64,000 nucleotides of DNA from Candidatus Niyogibacteria bacterium (GTDB lineage: Bacteria; Patescibacteriota; Minisyncoccia; HO2-45-28). How positions within the stretch are numbered: position 1 is the stretch's first letter; every line of letters begins with the position of its first letter. Shown piece by piece: positions 46,164 through 55,066 of the stretch. Under the pieces are notes generated by a model, which saw only the letters and a program-made list of their open reading frames with translations, did not search any database and had not been told where the DNA came from. The stretch spans positions 516,709 through 580,708 of the forward strand of contig CP066691.1 of the NCBI GenBank assembly GCA_016432485.1, in the 5' to 3' direction. Position numbers and translations under genes: made by a program.

Positions 46164-47507
46164 TTATGACCCCGGACACGCCTGAAGTTCTGAAAGAAGC
46201 GAATCAAGTTTTTCCTGGAATTCGTCTGCTTGTTGGTTGGCCGCGTCTATATCGTCTTGCGATGCCGATTGGTTTGCCGAATCAACCGCCTGCGTCCCGA
46301 CATCGCTTAATTCCTGGGGACTGTTTGTCGTTTCCGCTTTTACTCGCGAGTTTTCGTAGTCGCTAAGCGCGGCGCGAGCCGATTTAAGTTCGCTTTTTAT
46401 GTCATCAAGGTTTTTTTGCGCTTCGGCAATTTCTTCGTTTCGCGGTTGCGTCCCGCAGCTATGTAATTTGTTAAGCGTCTGAATTGTTTGAGTCAGTGTA
46501 TTTGATGACCGCTCTTTTGCTTTTATGTAGCCGTTCGTTAGGTTTATGGCATCAGTTAAGAGGGGGGTTATTCCCTTTCGGCTGTTATTGAGAAGTCCGG
46601 AATAGTCCGGATTGGATGACCCGCCCGAAGACAGTATGCCGTCTCTGCCGGTGCCGCTTAGGGCGCTATTTAAAAGTTGTACTACGACCGTTGAGATAAG
46701 TTCGTTTATTTCATCCGACACTGCTGTTTTGATAGCTGTGTATTCGTCCGGAAGTTCAAGTTTTTTAGCCACATAACTTCCCGGCGTTACGGTTTCTTCC
46801 CTTAAGCAGGGTTTGTCAGTGCCCGCGGCTTCGCTAAAAGCGATTTCTTTGGAATACTCCGCGCATCTTTTCCAGCTGAGAAATCCTCCGGACGCTTGAG
46901 ATTCAAGTTTCAGGCCGGTTACCTTTTCAAGTATGGCCCGCTGCGTCTGGTCCATTTGGATTAGAATGGAGCCGAAAGCGTTGTTGGCCACATTAGCGGT
47001 GGTAATTGAAATAAAGCCGGTCCAGCCGTAGGTTTCAAAGGTGTTATAGAGCGCGTCCACATTGGCAATAAACCTATCAAGAGTACAGACTGCTTGTTGT
47101 CTTTGAGCCGAGACCAAACCCAGAACAATGTCTATTCTAAAAGGACTGCAGATATTCGGCGCGCCATTAGCGATAAGGCCATCAACAAAAATACCAAAGG
47201 CTTCGTTTCCGGCTTTTCTTAAATATCCTTCCCAGTCGGTTACGAAAAGAGGTTTGCCGTTAAAGCCGTTTCGTATCCAGCTTTTTATGTTGTCGGACAT
47301 AGTCCTGATTAGAGCGACTCCTATAGCGTTGACCAACGGATCAAGGACATAATCTTTGACCGCCTCTGATCCAGCCGGCAGCTCTATTGTAAAAAATGTT
47401 ACAGCCTCGGCTTTTGGCGGCGAAAAAGGAAATAGTGTAGCGAGCAGAATCGCGACAATAACCGGGACAATATATTTTTGAAATCGGACGCTTCGCTTAA
47501 AAATCAT
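46164..47507 (-). CDS. secreted protein with C-terminal coiled coil
   Basis: N-terminal signal/TM and a C-terminal ~120 aa with heptad-like Q/E/K-rich sequence. Confidence 0.4.
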   Translation of the reverse strand: MIFKRSVRFQKYIVPVIVAILLATLFPFSPPKAEAVTFFTIELPAGSEAVKDYVLDPLVNAIGVALIRTMSDNIKSWIRNGFNGKPLFVTDWEGYLRKAGNEAFGIFVDGLIANGAPNICSPFRIDIVLGLVSAQRQQAVCTLDRFIANVDALYNTFETYGWTGFISITTANVANNAFGSILIQMDQTQRAILEKVTGLKLESQASGGFLSWKRCAEYSKEIAFSEAAGTDKPCLREETVTPGSYVAKKLELPDEYTAIKTAVSDEINELISTVVVQLLNSALSGTGRDGILSSGGSSNPDYSGLLNNSRKGITPLLTDAINLTNGYIKAKERSSNTLTQTIQTLNKLHSCGTQPRNEEIAEAQKNLDDIKSELKSARAALSDYENSRVKAETTNSPQELSDVGTQAVDSANQSASQDDIDAANQQADEFQEKLDSLLSELQACPGS

Positions 47508-48532
47508 TGCAGAGCGATTATTAAATTAATTAACGCGAAGCCGGCTTCACTCGGCTTAAAGACCAGATTGTCTTTTTGAATTAAAACGCCCGCCGTCAAA
47601 AGCGCGTTTTTGACATTTTTAGATTCATTCAGGTATTGCTGCACGGCGCCAAGTCCGGTTACTGGGTCGGACATAAATTGTGAAAACGCTTTATTTATTT
47701 TCGCGAGATTGTTTAAGGCGTTTAAATATTTTAAATGCGCGGAAATGTAAGTTTGCGGCACCATCAGTTTTGATATTTCAAGTGCCGCGTCTTCGTATGC
47801 CCGGGCGTAAATTTTAAATTCGTCAAACGAATTGAAATTGTCTTCGGAGTTTGACTGCTGGATTAAACGCGTCAGCAAATCCAGTTCATTTTCTTTTATC
47901 TGCCCGCTGTATTTGTCGGATATTTCCGCTAAGCCATTTATATAAGCTTTGGCGTTTTCCGGAGAGGCGCTTGTTACGCGCGCGTTATTGAGCGAGAAAT
48001 CATTTTTGAAAACCGCGGCGGGATTGTCGTTTAAAAGAGCGTCCACGACTTGACTCGCGGTTTCTTTGGGGTCAAGGCCGGCATTTCTTTGCTGGATGTA
48101 CGAGGCAAAAAGGTCTCGGGTTATTCTTTGGGTCGGGTTATAGGGTTCGCCGGCAGGCGCGCCATCGGACATTTGATTTTCGTCATTACTGGACGCGCTT
48201 GACGAATTCAATAAATCATCCGGGCCTTTTTTCAAAGGGTCGCGCCCCAATTTTATTTCTTCTCCGTCGGGCGCTTGGTCGCCGTCGGTGTCAGGATTTA
48301 GCGGGTCAGTACCCCAAAGTTTTTCTTCCCAGTCCTTTAAGCCGTCACCGTCAGAATCCGGAGATTCAATGGCCGTTTTTTCTCCGGAAATCGGCGTTAT
48401 ATTTACTCCGGAAGCCATTTTTTTGACATCGGGTTTTTTGGAAATCCAAAAAGCGCCCGCAGCTATGGCTAGCGCGAGAATTATTGCGAATATTGTTCTT
48501 TTATTTCCTAAAAATGCCAAAATCGCAGGCAA
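47504..48532 (-). CDS. membrane-anchored protein with calcium-binding-like DxDxDG repeats (TTG start)
   Basis: TM helix, then DSDGDGLKDWEE...DPLNPDTDGDQAPDGEE, which resembles thrombospondin type 3 repeats. TATAAT and AAGGCG lie upstream. Confidence 0.4.
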   Translation of the reverse strand: MPAILAFLGNKRTIFAIILALAIAAGAFWISKKPDVKKMASGVNITPISGEKTAIESPDSDGDGLKDWEEKLWGTDPLNPDTDGDQAPDGEEIKLGRDPLKKGPDDLLNSSSASSNDENQMSDGAPAGEPYNPTQRITRDLFASYIQQRNAGLDPKETASQVVDALLNDNPAAVFKNDFSLNNARVTSASPENAKAYINGLAEISDKYSGQIKENELDLLTRLIQQSNSEDNFNSFDEFKIYARAYEDAALEISKLMVPQTYISAHLKYLNALNNLAKINKAFSQFMSDPVTGLGAVQQYLNESKNVKNALLTAGVLIQKDNLVFKPSEAGFALINLIIALQ

Positions 48533-48581
48533 TACGCCTTACAATAATTATAGCATTTTACTTTTTCTATTGATTTTTATT

Positions 48582-49445
48582 TTATTTTCTGCTGTGGATA
48601 TCTGTTCTTTTTGTCAGACATGCCCAATTTTTAAGGGAAAGTTCCTCTGCGCGCGCATTCTTGGCTATTTTGCATTTTTTGAAACTTGAGACCTGAAACT
48701 TGAAATTTTTTAAGTTATTTTTTAAAAGCTTGCGCGGGTGGCGGAATCCGGTTTTAACCAGTTTAAAAAATGCTTTTTGGCCGATTTTATGCTGACGAAA
48801 AAAATCAACCCCCCGTTTTTTAAATATAACTACAGCCGAATCAACTTTCGGCTGGGGCCAAAAATTGCCTTTTTTAACCAAAAAGGCAATTTTTGGCTTT
48901 ACGAAAACTTGCACCGAAATAGCCAGCAAGTTCATTTTAAATCCGAACTCGGTTCGGACCCGAACCGAGTTCGGATTTAAACTTGAACATATCCGTTTTG
49001 CTACCTCTTTTTGAAGCATTATTACCAACAACTTTGTCTTAAGCAGACCACGAGATACTTGGGGCAAGATGAGGCGCAGAAGCTGGCCGGTAAGATAATA
49101 AGGGATATTGGCTACAACCTTGTTTATTCCGATTCCGAACTCGGTTCGGATTCGGACGCCGAACCGAGTTCGGAATCGGACAATGTCGCGGATGTCAGCG
49201 TTGAGCAAAACCAGCCGTCCGGCATCTATAAAAACCCTGAATTTAGAAGTCAAAATGTTGAAAAGCTTAATATCTTTTTCAACTGCGATTACCTTCGCGC
49301 CCGTTTTTAAAAGTTCTTCGGTCAAAATTCCCTTACCGGGCCCGATTTCCAAAATAGTATCCTTTGGCCCGACTTCGGCCGCAAGGACCATTTTGCGGGT
49401 GATATTTTTTGAAGTTAGAAAGTTTTGTCCGAGTTTTGTCGGCAT
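48582..49445 (-). CDS. ksgA: 16S rRNA (adenine1518/1519-N6)-dimethyltransferase KsgA/RsmA carrying three in-frame palindromic insertions
   Basis: LGQNFL start, SAM motif EIGPGKGILT, NIPYY and PKVDSAVV. Three palindromic DNA elements add extra residues within its loops. Confidence 0.8.
   Translation of the reverse strand: MPTKLGQNFLTSKNITRKMVLAAEVGPKDTILEIGPGKGILTEELLKTGAKVIAVEKDIKLFNILTSKFRVFIDAGRLVLLNADIRDIVRFRTRFGVRIRTEFGIGINKVVANIPYYLTGQLLRLILPQVSRGLLKTKLLVIMLQKEVAKRICSSLNPNSVRVRTEFGFKMNLLAISVQVFVKPKIAFLVKKGNFWPQPKVDSAVVIFKKRGVDFFRQHKIGQKAFFKLVKTGFRHPRKLLKNNLKNFKFQVSSFKKCKIAKNARAEELSLKNWACLTKRTDIHSRK
48857..48897. repeat. perfect 18-19-bp hairpin inside ksgA
   Basis: GCCAAAAATTGCCTTTTTT-AACC-AAAAAGGCAATTTTTGGC; it encodes LVKKGNFW, inserted in the conserved PKVDSAVV neighbourhood. 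Confidence 0.85.
48940..48977. repeat. TCCGAAC-family palindromic element (38 nt) inside ksgA
   Basis: AATCCGAACTCGGTTCGGACCCGAACCGAGTTCGGATT; it encodes SVRVRTEFGF. Confidence 0.9.
49129..49178. repeat. TCCGAAC-family palindromic element (50 nt) inside ksgA
   Basis: CCGATTCCGAACTCGGTTCGG-ATTCGGACG-CCGAACCGAGTTCGGAATCGG; it encodes RFRTRFGVRIRTEFGIGI. Confidence 0.9.
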
Positions 49446-49446
49446 A

Positions 49447-51396
49447 TTATATTTCTATGATTTTTTCTTCGTCTGCGTTCTCCATCAGTTCTGGTGGAAT
49501 ATCCGAAAGAAAACGGGAGGGCATATTGGCTTGTTTTTCACCGAATATTGTTCTGAAAAAAGCCATTGAAAGAAAAACTTTTTTTCGGGCGCGGGTTAAG
49601 GCGACGTAAAAAAGCCGGCGTTCTTCCTCCAGCCTTAATTTTTCGTCTTCGCTTGCGATGGTAGTGTGGGGAAAAAGTCCGTCTTCAAGCCCGGATATGA
49701 AAACATAATCAAATTCAAGCCCTTTGGCCGCGTGAACCGTAGTCAGAGGAATGCCGTCTTTTCTGCTGCCGATGGCATCCTGGTCGGACATTAAACTTGC
49801 CTCTTCCAGCATATTCATCAGGCCGTCCGGCGGCTTTATTTTATCAAATCTGACGGCAAGACTTACCAATTCTTTGATATTTGCCAAGCGCATAACGCCT
49901 TCTTCGGTTCCGGCAGATTCAAACAGGTCAAGATACCCGCTTTCTTTGAGCGTCGCGGCAACCGCGCGCGACGCCGGAAGATTTTCAGCGGCGGACTTTA
50001 TTTTATTAAGCGTTTTTTCAAAAATTGATATTTTTTCAGCTTCTCCCGATTTCAATCCGACTGCCGCGAAGTATTTGGCAAGGGTTACTTTGCCTATGCC
50101 GCGCGCGGGCTGGTTGATTATTCTTTTTTTGCTCAAAAGATCATTTGAGTTGAGGGAGGCGCGGATATAGGCCAGAATATCTTTTATTTCTTTGCGGTTG
50201 TAAAACTTTACGCCGACCACGTAATGCGGCAGTGTGTATTCCAAAAATTTTTCCTCCAGAACTCTTGATTGGGAGTTGGTGCGGAAAAGCACGGCTATTT
50301 CTTCGGGTTTGGCTCCGCCGGCAATGAGACTTTGGGACTCGGCCGCTACGAAATACGCTTCGTCGTTTTCCGTTTCCGCGGCGTATATTTCCAGTTTTTC
50401 GCCGCCCTTTTTTCTGGTAAAAAGATTTTTTGGCAGACGTTCTTTATTTTTGGCTATCACGGCGTTGGCCGCCTCCAGTATCTGTTCGGTTGAACGGTAA
50501 TTTTCTTCAAGCGTTACGATTTTGGTTTCGGGATAGGTTGCCTCAAATTCCAGGATGTTTCTGAAATCAGCTCCGCGGAAGCCGTATATTGATTGGTCTA
50601 GGTCGCCGACCACGCAGATATTCTTGTGAAGGGCGGCAAGTTGCTGGCTTAAGCGGCTCTGGACATGGTCGGTGTCTTGATATTCGTCTATCAAAATGTA
50701 TTGCCAGAGGGATTGGTATTTGGCAAGAATTTCCGGATGCGATGAAAAAAGAACAACAGTTTTCACCAAAAGATCGTCAAAATCCAGACTGTTTGAAGAT
50801 TTCAATTTTTGCTCGTACAAGCTCCAGATTGAGGCCAATTTTTTTGAAAAATAATTTTCGTCTTCGGACAAAAAATCGTCGGCGTTTGCCAGATCGCATT
50901 TTTTCCCGGAGATTATCTTTCTGATTTTTGATGGCTGGAACTGTTTGGGGTCTATTTCCAGCTCTTTAATTGATTCTTTGATTAAAGATAAAGCATCTTC
51001 TTCATCTATGATTGAAAAATTCTTTTTAAAGCCAAGCGCCGCGGCTTCGCGGGGCGCGGCCTTGCGTCCCGCTTCACGTCTTAAAATCCAGGCGCCAAGA
51101 GAGTGAAAGGTGCCGACCCAAGGAGAAGCGTTTGAATCGTGCGGGCGCGGCGGCTGAACATTTTGAACAAGTTTTGCGATGCGTTCTTTCATTTCGTTTG
51201 CGGCTTTGTTGGTGAATGTTATTGCCAGAATTTTTTCCGGTCGGACGCCGGTCGAGATCAGATGAGATACGCGATGAGTCAGAACTTTGGTTTTGCCCGA
51301 CCCCGCGCCGGCCACAACCAAAATAGGGCCGTTTATATGCAAAACCGCATCAATTTGAGCCGTATTCAGGCCGGAGAGATGACTTGGGTTTGACAT
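49447..51396 (-). CDS. ATP-dependent DNA helicase UvrD/PcrA family
   Basis: Walker A GAGSGKT and superfamily 1 helicase motifs I-VI; 649 aa. Confidence 0.9.
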   Translation of the reverse strand: MSNPSHLSGLNTAQIDAVLHINGPILVVAGAGSGKTKVLTHRVSHLISTGVRPEKILAITFTNKAANEMKERIAKLVQNVQPPRPHDSNASPWVGTFHSLGAWILRREAGRKAAPREAAALGFKKNFSIIDEEDALSLIKESIKELEIDPKQFQPSKIRKIISGKKCDLANADDFLSEDENYFSKKLASIWSLYEQKLKSSNSLDFDDLLVKTVVLFSSHPEILAKYQSLWQYILIDEYQDTDHVQSRLSQQLAALHKNICVVGDLDQSIYGFRGADFRNILEFEATYPETKIVTLEENYRSTEQILEAANAVIAKNKERLPKNLFTRKKGGEKLEIYAAETENDEAYFVAAESQSLIAGGAKPEEIAVLFRTNSQSRVLEEKFLEYTLPHYVVGVKFYNRKEIKDILAYIRASLNSNDLLSKKRIINQPARGIGKVTLAKYFAAVGLKSGEAEKISIFEKTLNKIKSAAENLPASRAVAATLKESGYLDLFESAGTEEGVMRLANIKELVSLAVRFDKIKPPDGLMNMLEEASLMSDQDAIGSRKDGIPLTTVHAAKGLEFDYVFISGLEDGLFPHTTIASEDEKLRLEEERRLFYVALTRARKKVFLSMAFFRTIFGEKQANMPSRFLSDIPPELMENADEEKIIEI

Positions 51397-51693
51397 TATA
51401 GAGCGATTTTAGCATTTTTTATGGTTGTGGACAGGGTAGTAGGTCTGCGCGGCGCGACTGCTGCCCTGTGGATAAATATGTTCGCCAGGTTGACTTTCGG
51501 TTGCCGCGGGTATATTATTAAGGATGTTCCGGTATGCGTTACCGGATTTGTTGTTGAAAGGCCGTCTATCTGTTTTTCCCCTTAATTTAAGCCTATTTTA
51601 GAGCCTAATCAAAGGAAAACCTCTTTTAAAATCCCTTCGGGACTCAAGGGCTTTTTAGCCGTTTTAGCCGTCTCGGCTCTATTTTTTACCGGC

Positions 51694-52650
51694 TTGGACA
51701 GGGCAGATGCCGGTTTTTTTGATGTTTTGAAAAGTATTTTCGGCGCCGGAGACTCTGCCGGACAGACCGCGGCGTTAAATTCCCAGAATATGCCGCTTCT
51801 TATGGCTCCGAATAATACTGACCCTTTGGCCGGAACCGGCGGCGGGGATATTACCATAGTTCAAAACAGCGCCCTACTTTCTGTTTCTGGGCCGTTGGGT
51901 AGTTTGGCTGATGTAGAGGTTGAGTCGCGAAAAAGCGATCAAATTTCCATTTATATCGTCCGCGAGGGAGATAATCTTTCAAGTATTGCTAAAATGTTTG
52001 GCGTTTCAGTCAATACCATTCGGTGGGCCAACGATCTGACAACTTCAACCGTCATAAAGCCCGGGCAGACCTTAATAGTGTTGCCTATAAATAGCATTCA
52101 GCACACGGTGGCTAAAGGTGAAACGCTTAAAGGGATTGTTAAAAAATACGGCGGCGACCTCAATGAGACCCTGGCTTTTAACGAATGGCCGGCCGGTTAT
52201 GAGCCGGAAGTCGGGATGATTGTTATTGTTCCGGACGGGGAAGGCGAGCCATTGGTAAATTACGGCAGCAAGACAGTTCGGGGCACGGGCGGCCCGGTTT
52301 ATGCCGGATATTATATCCGTCCGATAAACGGCGGAAGAATATCCCAGGGTTTGCACGGGCTTAATGCCAAGGATTTCGCGACTTACTGTGGCGCCCCGAT
52401 TTTTGCCTCCGCCCGGGGAACGGTTATCATTGCGCGTTCGGGCGGTTGGTTCAGCGGTTACGGTTCATACGCGGTTATCGCGCATCCGAACGGGACCCAG
52501 ACGCTCTATTCCCATATGAGCAGGATTGCCGTAACACCCGGATGGAATGTGGTTCAGGGACAGGTGATCGGCTATGTGGGTTCTACCGGCAATTCCACGG
52601 GATGCCATGTGCATCTTGAAATCCGGGGAGCCGCGTTTCCCAATATCTAA
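51694..52650 (+). CDS. LysM-domain M23 metallopeptidase (TTG start; possible N-terminal extension)
   Basis: Two LysM repeats and an M23 HxH motif (CHVHLEIR). An in-frame upstream signal-peptide-like segment has no ATG, GTG or TTG. Confidence 0.7.
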   Translation: MDRADAGFFDVLKSIFGAGDSAGQTAALNSQNMPLLMAPNNTDPLAGTGGGDITIVQNSALLSVSGPLGSLADVEVESRKSDQISIYIVREGDNLSSIAKMFGVSVNTIRWANDLTTSTVIKPGQTLIVLPINSIQHTVAKGETLKGIVKKYGGDLNETLAFNEWPAGYEPEVGMIVIVPDGEGEPLVNYGSKTVRGTGGPVYAGYYIRPINGGRISQGLHGLNAKDFATYCGAPIFASARGTVIIARSGGWFSGYGSYAVIAHPNGTQTLYSHMSRIAVTPGWNVVQGQVIGYVGSTGNSTGCHVHLEIRGAAFPNI

Positions 52651-52656
52651 CCCATT

Positions 52657-54174
52657 TTAGAAATTGCTTTTTGGCCTATATTGGAGGGCTTCCAGAATAT
52701 GGCTCTGTTTTATTTCGTCCTCGTTTTCAAGGTCGGCTATGGTCCGGCTTATTTTTATCACCCGATGATAAGCTCTTGGCGATAAATCCATTTGTTTAGC
52801 CGAAATATTAAGGATGTTTCTGGCATCGGGCGATAGGGGCGCGAAATTTTCAAGGTTGCGCACCCCCAGTTCGCTATTGGAAACTAGGCCCAGCTTTTTG
52901 AATCTGCGCTTCTGGCGGTCGCGCGCGGCGATTACTTTTTTACGTATATCAGCCGATGTTTCCAGCGCGTCTTTTTTTGAAAGTTCTTCATGGTCAATGT
53001 TAGAAACCTCCATCCAGAGATCAATACGGTCGGCTATGGGTCCGGAAACCTTTCTTTGATAGCGGAAAAGCGAAGAGGGGGTGCAAAGACACATTTTGTT
53101 TTTGGAGCCGAGATTTCCGCAGGGGCACGGGTTCATTGCCGCGACCAGCATGAATCTGGCAGGAAACCTAACAGTGCCCCTGGAGCGGGCAACGGTTATT
53201 ATTCCGTCTTCAAGCGGTTGGCGAAGCGATTCAATGACTCGGCGTTCAAACTCGGGAAACTCGTCGCAAAACAGCACTCCGCGATGGGCCAGCGTTATTT
53301 CGCCCGGTCTTGGCCACACGCCCCCGCCGACCATAGCGACATAAGACGCGGTATGATGGGGAGACCTGAAGGGCCTGTATCTGGCAAAAGAGCCGTCAAG
53401 AGAGCCGGCAATGCTGTGGATGGCGGTCACTTCAAGCGCCTCTTCTTTTGAAAGGGGAGGAAGAATTGACGGCAGAGCTTTAGCCAGAAGGGTCTTGCCG
53501 GTTCCGGGCGGACCCGACATTAAAATATTATGGTTGCCGGAGGCGGCAATCATTAAGGCCCGTTTTGCGGTTTCTTGGCCCCGTATGTCCGATAGGTCGT
53601 GGCTCGCCGCCTCTGTTTGCGGCGAAAGTTTTGTTTTGGGCAGGATTTCAAGCGCGGTTTCTCCTTTAAGATGCAGAAGAACTTGATTCAGATTTTCGAC
53701 TTCCCGCGCGGATATGTTTTCAATTAAGGCCGCCTCTTCTCCGTTGCCTTTGGGCACATATATTTCTTTAAAGCCCGCTAAAGACGCTTTTTGCGCAAGC
53801 GCCAGAACTCCTTTAATCGGACGCAATGTTCCGTCTAAAGCCAATTCGCCCAAAAATATTTTATCTTTTGTTTCAAATTCGGCTTGATGTGAAGCCAGAA
53901 TATATCCAAGAGCGATGGCCAAATCAAAAGCCGACCCCTCTTTTTTAAGGTCAGCCGGCGCGAGTGACACGATCACTTTTTGGTTTTGTTTGTGCGGGGG
54001 CTTGAGCCCGATATTTTTAATGGCGTAAGATATTCTTTCTTTGGCTTCATCCACGGCTTTATCCGCAAGCCCGACAATGGTAAAAGACCGCAAACCCTTT
54101 GAATAATCAACTTCAACGTCAATTATTTCGCCGTCAAGTCCCATTATTTCGGCCGCGTGCAATTTTACCGACAT
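52657..54174 (-). CDS. YifB/ComM family Mg-chelatase-like ATPase
   Basis: Lon-like N-terminal domain, AAA+ Walker A GPPGTGKT, and a C-terminal Mg-chelatase domain. Confidence 0.88.
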   Translation of the reverse strand: MSVKLHAAEIMGLDGEIIDVEVDYSKGLRSFTIVGLADKAVDEAKERISYAIKNIGLKPPHKQNQKVIVSLAPADLKKEGSAFDLAIALGYILASHQAEFETKDKIFLGELALDGTLRPIKGVLALAQKASLAGFKEIYVPKGNGEEAALIENISAREVENLNQVLLHLKGETALEILPKTKLSPQTEAASHDLSDIRGQETAKRALMIAASGNHNILMSGPPGTGKTLLAKALPSILPPLSKEEALEVTAIHSIAGSLDGSFARYRPFRSPHHTASYVAMVGGGVWPRPGEITLAHRGVLFCDEFPEFERRVIESLRQPLEDGIITVARSRGTVRFPARFMLVAAMNPCPCGNLGSKNKMCLCTPSSLFRYQRKVSGPIADRIDLWMEVSNIDHEELSKKDALETSADIRKKVIAARDRQKRRFKKLGLVSNSELGVRNLENFAPLSPDARNILNISAKQMDLSPRAYHRVIKISRTIADLENEDEIKQSHILEALQYRPKSNF

Positions 54175-54197
54175 AATGGCTAGATTCTAGCGCATCT

Positions 54198-54243
54198 TTA
54201 ATAAAAAGAAAATCCCACCCTCTCCCCGAAAGGAGAAGGTGGG
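54198..54243 (-). terminator. intrinsic terminator of the small GC-rich gene
   Basis: CCCACCTTCTCC-TTTCGG-GGAGAGGGTGGG followed by ATTTTCTTTTTATT on the minus strand. Confidence 0.7.
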
Positions 54244-54260
54244 CGGCTTGCCCGTGTTGT

Positions 54261-54467
54261 TCAACGCTTCTTGAGGTCCTCCAGGGTCTTGACGATTTTG
54301 TCGGTGGCCTCTTTGATCTCGTCGATGAAGGGTTGGAACACAAGGGCCATCATGATGATGAAGAGGCCGAAGAACGCCACCGCCAGGAAAACCCCGATTG
54401 AGTTGCTGGCGACCGACGCGAAAAAGGTGGAGACAGTGAGACAGACAGCGGCCAGAGGTAGCCTCAT
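54261..54467 (-). CDS. small hydrophobic membrane protein (68 aa) in a GC-rich islet
   Basis: SD AAAAGGAG 7 nt from ATG; perfect consensus promoter upstream and terminator downstream; local GC about 55%. Confidence 0.5.
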   Translation of the reverse strand: MRLPLAAVCLTVSTFFASVASNSIGVFLAVAFFGLFIIMMALVFQPFIDEIKEATDKIVKTLEDLKKR

Positions 54468-54556
54468 GTGAATTCTCCTTTTCTGTTGGGGGTTTCAGAA
54501 GCGCCTGCTTCATAGTCCTGAAGCAGGAAAACACCTGTTTTTAACTTACTCCCTTC

Positions 54557-54585
54557 ATTATATCAAATAAGAATATGCTTGTCAA
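54557..54585 (-). promoter_or_regulatory. perfect-consensus sigma70 promoter TTGACA-N17-TATAAT
   Basis: The minus strand reads TTGACAagcatattcttatttgaTATAAT. The 5' UTR contains the hairpin CCTGCTTCA-GGACTAT-GAAGCAGG. Confidence 0.65.
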
Positions 54586-54618
54586 TACCTTCGTAATGGT
54601 TCAACAGTGTGTAAAATT

Positions 54619-54981
54619 CTATTTCCCGGCGTGCTCCACGCAGGTTTTTGCCGCGGGGTTGGCTTCAAGGCGCCTTGGGTCAATAGGTTTTTGGTCGATC
54701 GCGCAAAGGCCGTAGGTCCCCTTTTCAATACGCTCAAGCGCAGAATTTATTTCATTGAGTCTTGTCTCCAGTTCAACTTCGCGCGCGGCGCGATTTCCCA
54801 TTTCTTCAAACAAGTCGGCCATTTCGCTTTGCTCTGACGCCTGGGTATTTAAATCCGGCGGAGTCGGCTGCCAATCCTTGGGGTTGTCCGGCGATATTTT
54901 GGCAATAGTCTGGAGCTCGCCTTCCACACGCAGGCGTTCTTCGTCAAGTTTTTTTCTGAAATAATTTAGGTCTAAAGACAT
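54619..54981 (-). CDS. DksA/TraR-family protein (possibly zinc-less variant)
   Basis: Coiled-coil N-terminus and a C-terminal region with only two Cys (GLCAIDQKPID...KTCVEH). Confidence 0.45.
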   Translation of the reverse strand: MSLDLNYFRKKLDEERLRVEGELQTIAKISPDNPKDWQPTPPDLNTQASEQSEMADLFEEMGNRAAREVELETRLNEINSALERIEKGTYGLCAIDQKPIDPRRLEANPAAKTCVEHAGK

Positions 54982-55030
54982 GTTTGCATATTAGCATTAT
55001 TTTTTATCTGCCCAAACTGTCCGACTCCAA

Positions 55031-55066
55031 GTCCGAACCGAGTTCGGATCCGAACTCGGTTCGGAC
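55031..55066. repeat. TCCGAAC-family perfect 36-nt palindrome (intergenic)
   Basis: GTCCGAACCGAGTTCGGATCCGAACTCGGTTCGGAC, abutting the stop codon of the gene at 55066-55932. Confidence 0.9.

Noticed and set aside
54187-54534. 115-aa minus-strand ORF overlapping the 68-aa gene in another frame
   Set aside because: Pro/Gly/Arg-rich junk frame caused by high GC. The 68-aa frame has the SD and a coherent TM topology.
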